DNA of 64,000 nucleotides from assembly GCA_951406725.2 (NCBI GenBank), contig OX597817.1, positions 117,614,001-117,678,000 of the forward strand. Reading direction: 5' to 3'. A program made the position numbers and the translations under genes. The notes beneath the pieces were generated by a model. The model was not told the DNA's origin, did no database searches, and worked only from the letters and a program-made list of their open reading frames with translations. The stretch comes from Octopus vulgaris. Taxonomy: Eukaryota. Below are positions 27,101-41,299 of this stretch, in pieces (position 1 is the first letter of the stretch; each line of letters begins with the position of its first letter).

Positions 27101-30100
27101 TTTTCCTAATTTATTTAGCATCAGCAATAATATATAATTGTTATGATTATATATTATTAACGGAACAGGTTGTGCTGATGATATCACCTAATTAATTAAT
27201 TTTACATTTAGCTCTATCTTAAGTAATGAGTTTGGTTTGTGCGTGTTGCACTCTATTTGAAGAATTGGTTTCTGTATCTAACTAAATTTGTATGTGGTAT
27301 AAATATCCACGTTTCAACATTGCGGTAGAGCAATCATGTCCCCTAAACCGCATATTACTACTAGTAAGTACGTGTACTTTTTATAACATTCTTGCCTAGC
27401 AGAAGGTTCGAAACTCAAAGGACACGGATAGGTGGCAAATTTCTGAACCACTCCATCATGACTGCGTATTGAAATTATTAAAGGTAGCGGGATTAAGCCG
27501 GGAAACATATCACTATTGAGACAACCGTACTTGAGTAGGTGATGCATTTTATGAACACTAGAAAAACGAAAAAGGCACGGTTAACCTCGATGGGATTTTA
27601 GATGAATTGCCCAGCACACTCATGCTGTTTTTCCACCGCCCTTTCAATAGTTCAATAATACCGATATTATTTTTCCGGCTGTGAAAACTATTAGAGAGTC
27701 ACTCGAACTGCAGTTGGAAATTAAGTTATTTCCCTTACATTTCCAGATCAAATGTTGATTGTCTAGGCTTTACCTACATTATGAACATGTAATCCAGCCT
27801 AGTACTCACCATAAGATTGCGAACATATATACCAGCCTAGTACTGACGATCAGCTTAATTTTTGAATTTCGAAATTTGCATTTAAAACTTCATTATTATT
27901 CATATAAGGAATCTGCCCGATACACTTTTTACTTCATTTTGTATTCTCACAGAGATTTTATATCCTCTGACAAATATCTTCACCTCTTAATGCTTTACTT
28001 TCAGGCCAATCTTTTATTTTTATATCGTTTATATTTTGCCAGAGCATTTCCTTGTGCTACTAGTACCTGTGAGATTTATATTCAACTCATTTGTGTAGAT
28101 CATACAGCTATTATGTATTGAGGCCTAATAAACTGCTTATATATCGTTCTTCATAAAACAATTTCCTTATGCCTCATCTAATGTCATTATTTTCCTGAAG
28201 GTATCTTAGTATTACTGATTCCTCAATATTTTGGATAGACAGATAAAAAAATAAACAAGTAAATATTCAATATAACGTTATTAGGCAACATAGGTAGTAA
28301 ACGAGTGCAAGCATAAGACAGCTATTGTATATCAATAAAATTTTTCTGACTCCATTTTCTCCAAAACCTGGCACATCGACAATCGATCGCAATTCTCTTT
28401 CCAATCCGCCAAACTAACATTCATTTTTCTTTTTAAAGTATATGCCAGTAATCTATCCTCTCCTCCAGATAAAAAAAATAATAAAGCAATAAAAGTAATA
28501 AAGGCAACGATTTCATTTTAAATTCCTTTAAGAGGTTATCTTTGAAGATTTTTTGCTGAAAATTATAGGTTAATCAAATGCAGTGAAGCCAATTACAATG
28601 TTTTTACTACCGTAACCTTAGGCAGAATAGCTGTCTGTAGAATTGGTGCTTGAAATTTAGGTCAATCTGACTATATAAATTTATTGTTTCATTTCTTTAT
28701 GCATTGCATCAAAAAAGATACAAGATGTTCTGTGATTTTTCTCCTAATGTAATATTTTCAATTTAAAATAAATGTTCTTCGTGAATTCGATAAATTATTT
28801 AGCTTACAACCTTCATTTGGCATTTAAAGAGTATAAATGCCATAAATACATACTATAGGTAGCGAAGGTTTCCAATATTATAATGCATTTACAATGAATT
28901 GTCCTTTTCGTAACTTTGATTATTTTACGTTTCATAATGAATATATGTGAAAGAGTCATGTGCTGCTTGTACGTATATTATCAATTTTGTATCATTTAGG
29001 ACGGAAGGAATATTAAAAGCAAGCAAATAAAATCTTCATATAACATTTTCCGGGCACAGATTACATATTTCATCACAGAACGTACATAGCAATATACTAC
29101 TTTATGCAGCACAAGTAAATAAACACAATACTAGCAAATACAAGCATTACCAAGAGATTCAGTATTGCCTCTCCTATTAAAAGTACATAGTAAACAGTCA
29201 CATATTTACGTTCGGTACTTTCAAATTCTTTGAAAATTGCTATTTTTTATTTTTTTATTCTTCCAAGTGTCGGTTAAAAAAAAAAAAGAAATAAAGCAAA
29301 TGCCGAATGCAAGAAAAATTTTGAGTTGATTTATTCAGTTTGTTTTTATTTATAAAAATACCTTCTTTTAACAATAACAATAGCTTCTCCCCTAAAAATT
29401 GTACAAACTATTTTCAGTAAAAAGCATCTGTTCAAGCATAAAGGTACTATATTGCACTGTATGTCTTATGGCAATTATATAAACAACATCATAATAATCT
29501 GTGGTGTATGTGTATAATTTTTCAATACAAACAACATTTGTCATCCACATTAACAGGAATGATGTTTGCAATTAAACATTCGGTACTAAATTACTAGTAC
29601 TGGGATTAGATGTAGAATGTTTAACATTATCCCAGGTATTACGAAACTAACTCCTCAAGAATATTATTGAGAGATCCTCGTAATGTCATTAATGCATATA
29701 AAGATATTTCGTCATGCTACTTTATTGCTTCCAAAAATGTACAAACGTATTATTGATAGTTATGAAAGCATCATTTGTGAAGTAAGAAATATAAGAGTGC
29801 ACGGACCATTGACTTTACGCAGATGGAATGCATCCAGATATACTAATATATTTATGGGTATTGATCTGAGAGACTGCATTAACTCCAATAATGTAGATGT
29901 ATATACAATAAATTACTTGGTACCACTATATTAAGTGACGTTCAACTTACAGAAATGAATGTATTAACAGCAAGATGTAAATGTTATGCTGCGTCAATTT
30001 TTCAGATAGAATATTAGTAAATCGATTTCTGTAGCATAATACTTCAGTTATCGATATGAAACAGCTCTAAAGGAATTCGATTTCTCTTACATGTCACTCA

Positions 30101-30254
30101 TTGATATTTATTGATAACGATGTTACAGCAAATGAATTCATCACTATTGAAATTGGGATGTCAAGCGCATCCCCAGTTTATCTGAGATTTCTGCAAAACT
30201 TGTGTTTGTATTCTCGTTTTGAAAACAAGCACGAGTACTTATTAATTACATATT

Positions 30255-30829
30255 AAGGCGGCGAGCAGGCAGAATCTTAGCACACCGGGCGAAATGCTTA
30301 GCGGTATTTAGTTTGCCGTTACGTTCTGAGTTCAAATTCCGCCGAGGTTGACTTTGCCTTTCATCCTTTCGGGGTCGATAAATTAAGTACCAGGTACGCA
30401 CTAGGGTCGATGTAGTCGACTTAATACCTATGTCTGTACTTGTTTGTCCCCTCTATGTTTAGCCCCTTGTGGGTAATAAAGAAATAGGTATTTCGTCTGC
30501 CGTTACGTTCTGAGTTCAAACTCTGCCGAGGTTGACTTTGCCTTTCTTCCTTTCGAGGTCGATGAATTAAGTACCAGTTACACACTGGGGGCGATATAAT
30601 CGACTTAATCTGTTTGTCTATCCTTGTTTGTCCTCACTGTGTTTAGCTCCTTGTGGGTAGTAAAGAAATAGGTATTTCATCTGTACGATCTGAGTTCTAA
30701 TTCCACCGACGTCGAATTTGCTTTTCATCTTTTCGGGGTCAATAAAATAATTATCAGTCAAGTACTGGGTCGATGTAATCAACTAAACCCTCTCTAAAAT
30801 TTCAGGCCTTGTGCCTATAGTAGAAAGGA
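30255..30829 (+). mobile_element. SINE family B trimer with 16-bp TSD
   Basis: One head plus three tandem body units; TTATTAATTACATATT at 30239-30254 and 30830-30845. Confidence 0.92.
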
Positions 30830-31124
30830 TTATTAATTACATATTGACAAAGTATTCCGTACTCTTCGGTGTTCTTAAATGTCGTAGGAAAAATTTCATA
30901 TTTTATCGGTGAACTGTTCTTAAATCAACGGCATGCATTATTTAATTTAAGGCAAATTCCAGTTGTTTATGTTGGTAGTTCGAGCTCCTATTGTGCTAAC
31001 TATGCTCTTCTCTCCTCTATACTTGATATAGTATCATGCAGGCTATGGAGTTTCAATAATCGACTTACGTACCCCTTAATTCTTAGGGTTGTTCATTTAT
31101 TAAAAACTATTTTCTAATATAAGG

Positions 31125-31790
31125 TTAAGTGAATCGGCAGAACCATTAGGTGTCGGGTAAATGTCTTACTTTACATCTACCCGCTCTTTACGTCTAATGT
31201 TCGAATCCGGTCGGTTTTCCTTTTATACCCCAGGTGGTCTCGATGAAATAAAACAGTATGAGTACCAAAGTCGATGTAATCAACTTTTCCTCTCCACTCA
31301 ATTTCTTAGTTTAACATCAATGATAGAATGAGTTATTCACAAGGATAGTAGGGCGGTGGAATGTCAGAATCGTTAGAGCATAAAAGAAATGCATTGGTAT
31401 ACTAATTTCAGATTACTACAGTATGCGTTCAAATTCTGCATAATTTGCTTTTCATCTCAACGCGATCAATAGAAGACTGTAACTAGGAAATACAATGTTA
31501 GATTTTATTTAGAAGCCACCTCTTTCAAATTTCTGATTCTGCGCCTACTGTAAGATAAATATTAAATACGACAATAGAATAGACTCTTTAGAGTGTTGGA
31601 AACAATGTCTACAAGCCTTTGTTTCGGTTCTTTTCGTTCTCAGTCTAAATCCTGGTATGGTCAGATTTACTCTTCTTCTTTACAGGATGGAGAGAATAGT
31701 ACACGTCAGGTGCCGAAGTTGATATAATCGACTATCCCGCTCCACCACATTTAAGGCGGTTTGTTTATGCAAGAAATCATTATTAGTTAT
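31125..31790 (+). mobile_element. Three older, degenerate SINE B-like copies
   Basis: Repeated gaatcgttag / gttcaaat / gtcgatgtaatc remnants. Confidence 0.6.
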
Positions 31791-32771
31791 TATTAAAGGG
31801 AACGGTATATTTATAAATTCATTTGTATTGTACGTCGTCTAAACAGCATTGTTATACATTTTTAGGATATTTACATTCTAAATTCAAATTCCGGCACGAT
31901 AAAAGTTGGTTTCTATCCTTCCCAAGTAAATTCCATTCCATCGAGATGAAGTTTGTTTTCATACTTTCCTTGTCAAATAAATGAAATATAAGCCTTCTAC
32001 TGTGGTTCATATAATCATCTGATTCCTCTCCACAAAATGCAAGTCTTGTGCTTATGTGGGAAATTACTAAATATGTCAAATTCACACGAAACGTTAACCG
32101 ATTATGTGTATGGACTAAATAAACAAATAACTCATTTAGTAACATTTTAAAATAGATTTCAACTGCAAATGCTTTTCAAGTTGTTGTATGAGAGATATTG
32201 TGTAATTTTAGCATTGAACTAAAATAGATACCTGAAGATAATTCTAAAGTCTTTAGGCAATGGAACAATTAAAATTATGAGTTCTCTTAATTTAATTGTC
32301 ATACATACATGTATACGTAAATGATTCCAGAAATCGATGCATGCATTTATTTAAGCATTTAAGTATGCGTGTTTGTGTGTGTGTGTTTGTATGCGGGTGT
32401 GTGCGTGTGTGAGTGAGGGTTTATGTGCCTCATATATATATTTGCGCTACTTCACGAACAAAAGTAGATTCTGAAATTTAGCAACTATTGATTCGATATT
32501 TAACATAAAGATTTATTTTTATAATTCCTATAAGGAGATCATTTTGGTTTTCACGCTTTATTCATCTTCGTGATAAAGGAATATAATGACATGAAATATT
32601 CCAGAATTTTTTCTGCGAATAACATAAATTGCTCCTCAGGATCCACAAGAACGGAACAAGGCACAATAGCATGAGGTTTACACAAGGAATGGTTTTACCG
32701 AGGTTGCATTGAAGTCACATATTTAAATGAAATATGATTAATCATTGTGATTAATATTTGTTTCACGTGGT

Positions 32772-32822
<51 letters not shown>

Positions 32823-33475
32823 CAAAAGGAAAGAAGATGGGTAATTAGATTCTTCGGCTTCAGTTAATTAAACTGATTGTAAGTTGCTATTTATTCTACA
32901 AGTATTCAACTGAAATATACGTCGCTATCAAGAAAGCAATAGAGCATGTTTAGGACATCAATGTATTTCCCTAATGATTACGCAATCAAAAAGTAATTAG
33001 TCGTAATTGTAAATTATCTCATTATTTGAAGCTCAAATTCACAATGCCAATTATGAAACAAATCCATCATAGAAAGAGTGGTTGTATTGTGTTCATAATC
33101 CTCTATACCACCTTTGTATTCCCGCTTTCTGCTTCTTTTCCTCCACCATCTCCGTCTCTTCTTCCGCATCATCATCTTCATCATATGAAGCAGAAGTAGC
33201 AGGAGCGGTATTAGCAGTAGTAGACGTAGAAGTAGTTTTAGTTGTATTAATAGCATCAGTAGCGGTAGGAACAATGGCGGTAGGTTAGTGCAATTAGCCT
33301 TTAAGGATACAGACACGGAATGTCCAAACAGTTTTGCATCCATCGATTCACCAGCAAATAGCATGTTTTACTCTACATAGTTACGTCAGATTAAAGAAAA
33401 TTTTATTTCTTTTTTCTTTTACTAGTTTTTACCGAATACCTCTATGTACCATTCCAAATTTACATATGCTTAAAA

Positions 33476-33515
<40 letters not shown>

Positions 33516-33812
33516 TATATATGAATTGATTTTAATATTATCGATTTTATTATCGATTTAAGGATATAATCACGAAACGTGCGTAGTCAATTTAATGTTT
33601 ATTTAATTTAGTGATTTTTAGAGTAATATTTATTATAATATATTTCTCTATGTGATTTAATATAGATAATATCTTTCACTATCAATTGAATTATTCAATA
33701 GAGGTTATTTTTCTTGATTATATAATATTTTATACATTGTGAAATTTTATTTATCATTGCTAAATTGAATTTTTCCCTGTAAGTTTGGAATTTTATATTC
33801 CCTAATATTATT

Positions 33813-33872
<60 letters not shown>

Positions 33873-34548
33873 AATTTAGAGAGGAACCACCATTCCACAC
33901 CTCAGTCAATGAAGAACCGGTCAAAAACCATGCTGTGAAACATATACCATACAAAATACTAATCTAAAATTCTAATAATATATAATATTGAACAGTAAGA
34001 TTAATACAATCATATAATATATAAGAGCAAATACTTTTAAAATCACAGCAAATACCATACAAAGAAACGTTCATCATAAAAATATTAATCTAAAATGAAA
34101 TAAAGTATAAATTGAACAACAAAAATTAATACAATAATATAATGTATAAAAGTAAGTACTTGTACACTGACTACGCGCGATTCATGGCTGAATTTGGACT
34201 ATATAAAATCATATAAGTAAACCATATCCAAGTTCATTTGAACGGAAAAATGATTCTACTCACAAAAGCAGTTACTACTCAGGTCAAATTAATAAAAAAA
34301 ACTAAAAACTAAAAATTTAACTTACCTCATAATATGATAATGAATAGAAAATAAGGAATATATGTATGTATATATATATATATATATATATATCAATAAA
34401 TGGTAGGGTTGTGTTGACCGCACATGGAGAAATGATAAGCAAGGAAAAATTGTAAAAATGCAGAATGCTAAATTGAAAGAAAATTTTAATGCAAATGGGT
34501 GTATGGAAAATGTTTTTGAAAAATTGATAAAATATATAAATATATATT

Positions 34549-34590
34549 AATTCAAACCGGTTTTCGTCATAATGTGACTTTTCAAGAATT
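34549..34590 (-). ncRNA. Minimal type I hammerhead ribozyme, U3-A8 variant
   Basis: aattc-TTGAAAA-gtca-catta-tgac-GAAA-accggt-TT-gaatt; perfect stems I and II, palindromic stem III. Confidence 0.8.
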
Positions 34591-35845
34591 GTAAAGGGAA
34601 AATTTTTTTTTTAAAGTGAGAAAGGGGAAAAAAGAAAATTATATTGTTTTTTGCAAAAAAATAATAATAAATATGTACAGAAATTAAAAAATAAGTACTC
34701 CGATACATTGTGAAGTCTTTGTGTATCTTGAGTTTAATGATTGTTCACGAAAAATTGACCTTGAAGTATTAGGATCCAATGGGGTTAAAGCCATGTGTTG
34801 TTTAGTTTAATTAAGAGTGTTGATAAAACAGGAAGTAGTAGTAATTGTAGTTCTTCAGTTCCTGTGAAGTGAATAAGGGGAGACAACTCTATGGGTTTTG
34901 AGCTCTTCAATTTGTGTTTATCGATTTTTTGTGATAAAGGGTGTTAATAAACCTTAAATTATAAAATTATCATTTTAGCTTCATTTGCATTATCTTTTTT
35001 ATATAATTGTTTGCTAACTTAACATTCAGATTTTAACACTTTATTTATATTATTTTCTAATTATATAAGTTTGCATAAACCAATTTATAATTACATTTCA
35101 GATTGTTATGTCATATATAATAAAATGATAGTAATAATAACAACAATAATAATAATGATATTTAAGGAATATAAGTTTTAGCTTGAAGTGATGAATGCAT
35201 GGTATCCTTATATATTTGTGTTAGTCCATCCATGAAGAATTAGGTAGAAAAAGGAAGTATGATCAACGAGGAGTTTGCATATTAAGTTGCGTTTTGAATT
35301 TTTCAATAAAGAGATATTATATTCCTCATATTCCTTATATATTCCTTTCAGATACAAAGACACAAACACACGCGCGCACATAAACACACACATACACACA
35401 TACACACACACACACTCTGTCACAAGACAATGATAAAAAGGAAATATAATTTATGGTCTTCTTTCTCTCCTTTTTCTTCCTTTCCTTCTTTTTCTTTAAC
35501 AACTCTTTCAGATACAAAACACAAACGCACACACACATGCTCTCTCTCTCACTTTCTCCCCATTCATCACCCTCTTGTACTATCTTATATTCCTTTCCCA
35601 CCACTACACACTCAATAACACTATAAAATGGTCAAAAAATTTTTTCCTCAAGATCTTAGATCCCCTTGGAGTAAACATCCTGACCAACTACAAAAGAAAC
35701 CAGTAAAACAATTTTTTTTCTCCTCTCTCTCTCTACAAAAGAAACCAGCAACATGGGTCGTATATTAGCATGCATACATAAATTGACAGAATGAGATTAA
35801 AAATCCAAGGCTGTAAATAGTTTTCAGAATATTTATAAAGAAAAG

Positions 35846-35894
35846 GTCTTACAGCTGTTTCCGAAGTATTTTTATATATCCCTTCATCAGAGAC
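35846..35894 (-). ncRNA. Minimal type I hammerhead ribozyme, canonical core
   Basis: gtct-CTGATGA-agggatat...atacttcg-GAAA-cagctg-TA-agac; stem II imperfect. Confidence 0.75.
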
Positions 35895-36700
35895 GGTGCG
35901 AGGAAATGATCGACCATTAATTATTGTAGAGAAGTTATGAAATACAGAGTGAAGAGAATGGAAATAGAAGTGAGATACATAAGGATATAATATTTGTAGT
36001 TCCAATTTTCAGGTAGAATGGTGTATATATGCTGTGTTTGAGTAACAATGGTAGTTATATTTGGTCATTCCAAGCATAGAGCCAGCTTTGTAAACAGTGT
36101 TGAACGATCGAGTGGGTTTTTTAGTGTGAATCTAAATTTGGGAATGCGTTTGTAATATTAATGGATAGATGGAGGGAGGAGAGATGTGTATGATTAGAAA
36201 GGGGAGGTAGTTCAAATCAAAAACAGGAAGAGAAGGGGAGGAAGAAGAAAAAAAGAAAAGGGAAGGTGACAAAAGAGAAATGAAGATAGAGGGAACGAAA
36301 GGAAATGAGAGGTGTTTTAGCTAGTGGGCAGAATAAAACGATAGGAGGAAGGGAGAGGTGAGGAGGAAAGAGAGGAAGAGATGAGAAGGTAAGGAATAAA
36401 AGAGTCTGAGCTATGTGAGAAGGGTGGTGTGATAGAGCTTCATTAAGTGATGGGTGTAGAAAAGGTAGAGAGAAGGTAAAGATAGAGTGATGTTTACTAC
36501 CAAAACTAATACGCACTTACATATCACTCTGAAAACTATTTACAGGCTTTGATTTTTTTATCTCATTCTGCCAATCTATATATATGTTTGTGTGTGTATG
36601 TGTAGATAGATAGATATACATACATATGTATGTATATATATATATAGAGAGAGAGAGCGAGACACACACACAGACAGACATACATATATGTGTATATATA

Positions 36701-37125
36701 GGCGCAGGCGTGGCTGCATAGTAAGAGGTTTGCTACTCAACCACACGGTTCCGGGTTCATTCCCACTGCGTGGCACTCTACGCATGTCTTGTACTATAGA
36801 CTGGTGACGAAAAAAGCCTTGTGAGTGGATTTAGAAGATGGAAACTGAAAGAAGCCAGTTGTATATATATATATATATATATATATTGTGTGTGTGTGCG
36901 CGCGTGCGTGTGTGTTTGTGTGTGTATGTTTATCCCCCCACCAACGCTTGACAGCTAATGTTGGTTTGTTTACGTTCCCGTAACTTTGCGGTTCGGCAAA
37001 ACAGACGAGTAGGATAAGTATTAGGCTTACAAAAAAAAAAGCCTTGGGGTCGATTTGTTCGACAAAAACGGTGTTCCAGCATGTCCGTAGTTAAAAGACT
37101 GAAATAAGTAGAAGAATAAAAGAAT
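36701..37125 (+). mobile_element. SINE family A, full length
   Basis: tRNA-like head (tggctgcatagt A-box, gggttcattccc B-box), internal microsatellite, (gaataaaa)n tail. Confidence 0.88.
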
Positions 37126-37544
37126 ATATACCTATACCTACATACGTATATATACTTATATGTATGTATTTTTTGTTTACATAAAAGGAGATTTGTATTC
37201 TCAAAATACCGTTAAACACTATTTACACTTTTAAAATCGCTAACCCCTATTTTACAGGTTATTAGCGAACCTACTTAACTTCTCATTACCTCCCTTTAGC
37301 CTTCTCACATACTAATTACCACTACTCAACTTCACCCCACATTTTAAACTAATTACTGAATTTTTAAATCACTTTATATACTACGCTAGGGCACAATTTT
37401 TCCTATAATCAAATTCCATTTGATAGCTTCACAACCGACCCATTTAACATGCTAAAATTTCCTTATGGAACTTATTGTTTTTCTATGCACTTTTCATCCC
37501 TTTCTAATTGTTCCTTTACGTAGCCCATTGTACACACATATATA

Positions 37545-38250
37545 TATACACACATAGTATATATTTGAAATAATAACCTTAGCCTTATAATACGACTTCC
37601 ATTGAAAATACAGGAACTAACTTACAGGCTATAAATTAGTGTCACATAGGTCCAATTAACTACACCGGATATCGCCAATAGCGATAATTTCCTCGGATTA
37701 CACCGGTTGTCAACTAGCAATTAACGCCAGAGATTAGAACCTACGGCACGTGGTATTATGAAACTAAATAATTATAAAATCTTGGATTTCACGAACTCCC
37801 TTCTCTTCTATCCTCCAACTGGCATATGGAATTATGGACCTCACTAAAATATAAAACTATTGAACTAACGAACGTTTTACTTCTATTTGTCTTTTCTTTT
37901 CCTTACATCTTCTTCCAACTTCCTTCTATTTATCTTTGCCATATAATCGTTCTTATGATGTCCATCTATTGCAACGAGGTAAATGTAAATTTACACCAGC
38001 TTGATAGACTGAAACAGCTATAAACATACTCACATCGTTAGTAAATAACTTTAAAACACCAATGATCTACTTCTGGCTGTTATTATTATTCCATTTCTTA
38101 TCGTTTTTATATATATATTAAAACACGGTTTTACCTTTTAAATTACCTACCACCATATACCTTAAAACAAGAACCATACATACTGAGGTAATATCAGGCG
38201 TGCCTTTGGATACCTCTATCCCTTAGATGGTTACATTACCTCTAACTTAT
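37545..38250 (+). mobile_element. Degraded PLE 3' fragment (GIY-YIG C-terminus and tail)
   Basis: Frame reads RQRLEPTARGIMKLNNYKILDF, resembling the R..LE..I.KL.T..P.G.N end of PLE endonucleases; followed by (TA)n. Confidence 0.45.
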
Positions 38251-38255
38251 AAATT

Positions 38256-38296
<41 letters not shown>

Positions 38297-38347
38297 TTAT
38301 ATTTATATACATATACATATATATCTACATATATAATTATACATATA

Positions 38348-38392
<45 letters not shown>

Positions 38393-38541
38393 TATATTAA
38401 ATTAGAGACAAAACCACTATTATGCAAATCAAACAAAGAAAGACTTAAGCCAATACATAAAATAATTTATATAAATTTAGATATAAATAACCATAAATAA
38501 CCATAAATAAATATATATGTATATATAAATAAATATATATG

Positions 38542-38591
<50 letters not shown>

Positions 38592-38638
38592 AATATACAT
38601 ATATACACACATATATATGTACACACACACATATATAT

Positions 38639-38721
<83 letters not shown>

Positions 38722-39834
38722 GATACAGTTCACTGCTGCAAGTAGTAGGAGCATTGTGTAATTGACAACCATTTCATTAGATTGCAGTGCCTAGTTACTC
38801 TTTTACACTTTTTTTACTCTTTTACTCTTTTACTTGTTTCAGTCATTTGACTGCGGCCATGCTGGAGCACTACCTATCTATATATACATATAATTATATA
38901 TACATATATATATAATGGAAATAAGAAAATGTAGAGGATAATCAATCGAAAAACATCACTCTGTAAACATTCATTCGGATATATTTATTAATTTATGTAT
39001 GTAGAGGTCGGTAGATAAGTAAACACACTGAAGCACACACAAGCACAAGGAGACAGAAGCACATGACCATACACACACACATACACATGCACTCCACACA
39101 CAGACCTAGTATATAGGCACACATGTATACACAACAGGCGCCCGTGCATACTTACTAAAACGCATATGTATAGACACCCTCAAGTACGCACGTACAAGGA
39201 AGCAGAAGTACACAAAGAACCATACACAAACACATAAGCAGGCACACAGATACAGGAATAGGCGGAAGAACACTGGCCCGTGCAACAAGGTCTCAATCAG
39301 ACAAACGTGGTCTCCATAACAGACTAGGTCTAAAGTCATTGAAAAGTTTGAAAGTAACAAAGAAAGAGCTTTGACAAACAAAAGCAAAACAAATAACTTG
39401 CCGTTAAATCAAATTAAACAAATGATCGATTAGTTAGTCGGAATTGAACCTGTGTATGTGTTAATGATATTGGCATAATGACTCTCCATAAACCCAACAA
39501 AATTTGTTTCAACATACGAATTCACATAAAGAATGCTGCAAACCAGATACAGAATCTAAGTAGAAATTAGATAGTTTCCATTGAAGGAAACAATAAAAAT
39601 TCCATATGAAGAAAATACAATCCAACTAAAATCTACAGATACAGTACTTGGATACATTGTCAGTGTTGTCCTTTATGTAGAAGAAATTGTAGGGAGAAAT
39701 AAACACATACAAGTAAACGGCCAACTGATGAATGAGTAGGGTGTTGCAGACCAGTTCGCTTCATCAATTTGAATTTTTACTTCACTTTAAATATCATGAA
39801 ATGTCACCGTTCTCATAATCCTTTACACAAAAGC

Positions 39835-39965
39835 ACATGGCCTGAAATTTTGGCGGAATAGCTACTTGATTGCATCGATTCAAGCACACAACTGGTTTAC
39901 TTATTTTATCGAACCCCAAGAGATGACAGGCAAAGTCAACCTCGGCGGAAGAAATACCGCTAAGC
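39835..39965 (-). mobile_element. SINE family B fragment
   Basis: Reverse-complement match to the family B body. Confidence 0.7.
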
Positions 39966-41299
39966 TTTAAATACATGCACGTATATATGCAGGCATATCT
40001 GTGTGTGTGTGTACTAGTATGTAGATATATATGTTCTATTAGATTTTAACGACTAAGTAGAAAACTTATTTTAAAATGTTTCAGTAGCATATATACTGCA
40101 AAATGAACATGTTGCAGAAGTTTTTGAAAATTCTTTGCGATGCCAATGATTAATTGAAGAATAATTAGAAACCTTGGAAATGCTGCTGCATGCAGATAAT
40201 TTGCAAACTAATTAGGCTTTAGTGGCTCAGACGTAAAGCTTCGTTATCATGTCGCGTATCTATATTGAGTCTAGCGGAAAACTAGTTGTTCAGCAGATAA
40301 TCATGTAAGCATTGAAAAATAATAATGTACGTTGAAGAGCTGTGTTTCATTTATACCAGAAAATATTCTCTTCACAGATGTGAGACATAAATACAACGTT
40401 TACGAATTTACAGACAAACTTATTATATAATGCTGATGTTACATTTCTTCTTAGCGTATACCAATAACCACCAGTAAAGAGATATAGTCCAACGTTCAGC
40501 CTGCAGTAGAACAATGTAAAAAAAAAATATCATCTACATTCGAATCCTATTAGAAAGATAACATTAACTGAAGGAATATCTGAGATTAAAGAAAAAATTA
40601 TGACATATTCCATTGCTAATATTTTGTTGTAAAGATACGTTATATTCTCAGCTAATCCTTGGGAAGAGAGAATTGAGGATGAATGAAAGAAGCAGGAAAC
40701 CTAAGCATACTACAGCAACCCAAAATTTGAAGACAGGAACGAAACTATTCACCGTTTGTACAGCCGCCAAATATTGATAATCAGCCCTATAAAAAGCTTT
40801 AGTTTTATTCTAAATTGATCTGGACACGCCTCTATTAAGTGGTTTACCCAGACTCTCTATGCGGTATCGAGTGAAGTGGAACTGATCGTGAATATATCTG
40901 TTTAGAATTCTGCCAGTTTGTGTCCCGCCACACGCATAGGATATAATAGAATTTACAAAGAGATTTAAGCTTGGCTTAACAGAATTTTAGCGAAGTCAAG
41001 TTCACTTACTATTTATAAGAATAATGAGGTGGCATTCATAGAGATATGAAAAGATATATCGGTTATTGGTACTTTGACAGTATCCCATCCTTTGCATGCA
41101 TGATTCTGTTCAAGTAATTGTTTTCATAATCTTTCATCATAATCAATTAGAATGAGAAAAGGAGAATGAAGAAAAGGAAGAAAGAAATATGAAGTTAATC
41201 GCAAATGCTTCCATATATACTCACCCAACGTTTTATGGAGTTATGCCGATTCGTGGAGATTTTGTAACTTTTAAATTTATGCTTATCATAAATTACTAT

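Noticed and set aside
27759-28121. 120-aa ORF with nearby splice-like motifs
   Set aside because: Non-ATG start, composition typical of random AT-rich DNA, and no recognisable motif.
29683-29934. 83-aa ORF with IRVHGPLTLRRWNASRY, resembling a hAT dimerisation-domain end
   Set aside because: A single weak motif; needs a profile search before it can be called.
33014-33364. 116-aa ORF with Leu- and Arg-rich tracts
   Set aside because: Explained by degenerate trinucleotide repeats; no domain or splice evidence.
33895-33950. Possible HHR (tgaaga...gaaacata)
   Set aside because: The core is incomplete and the stems do not pair convincingly.
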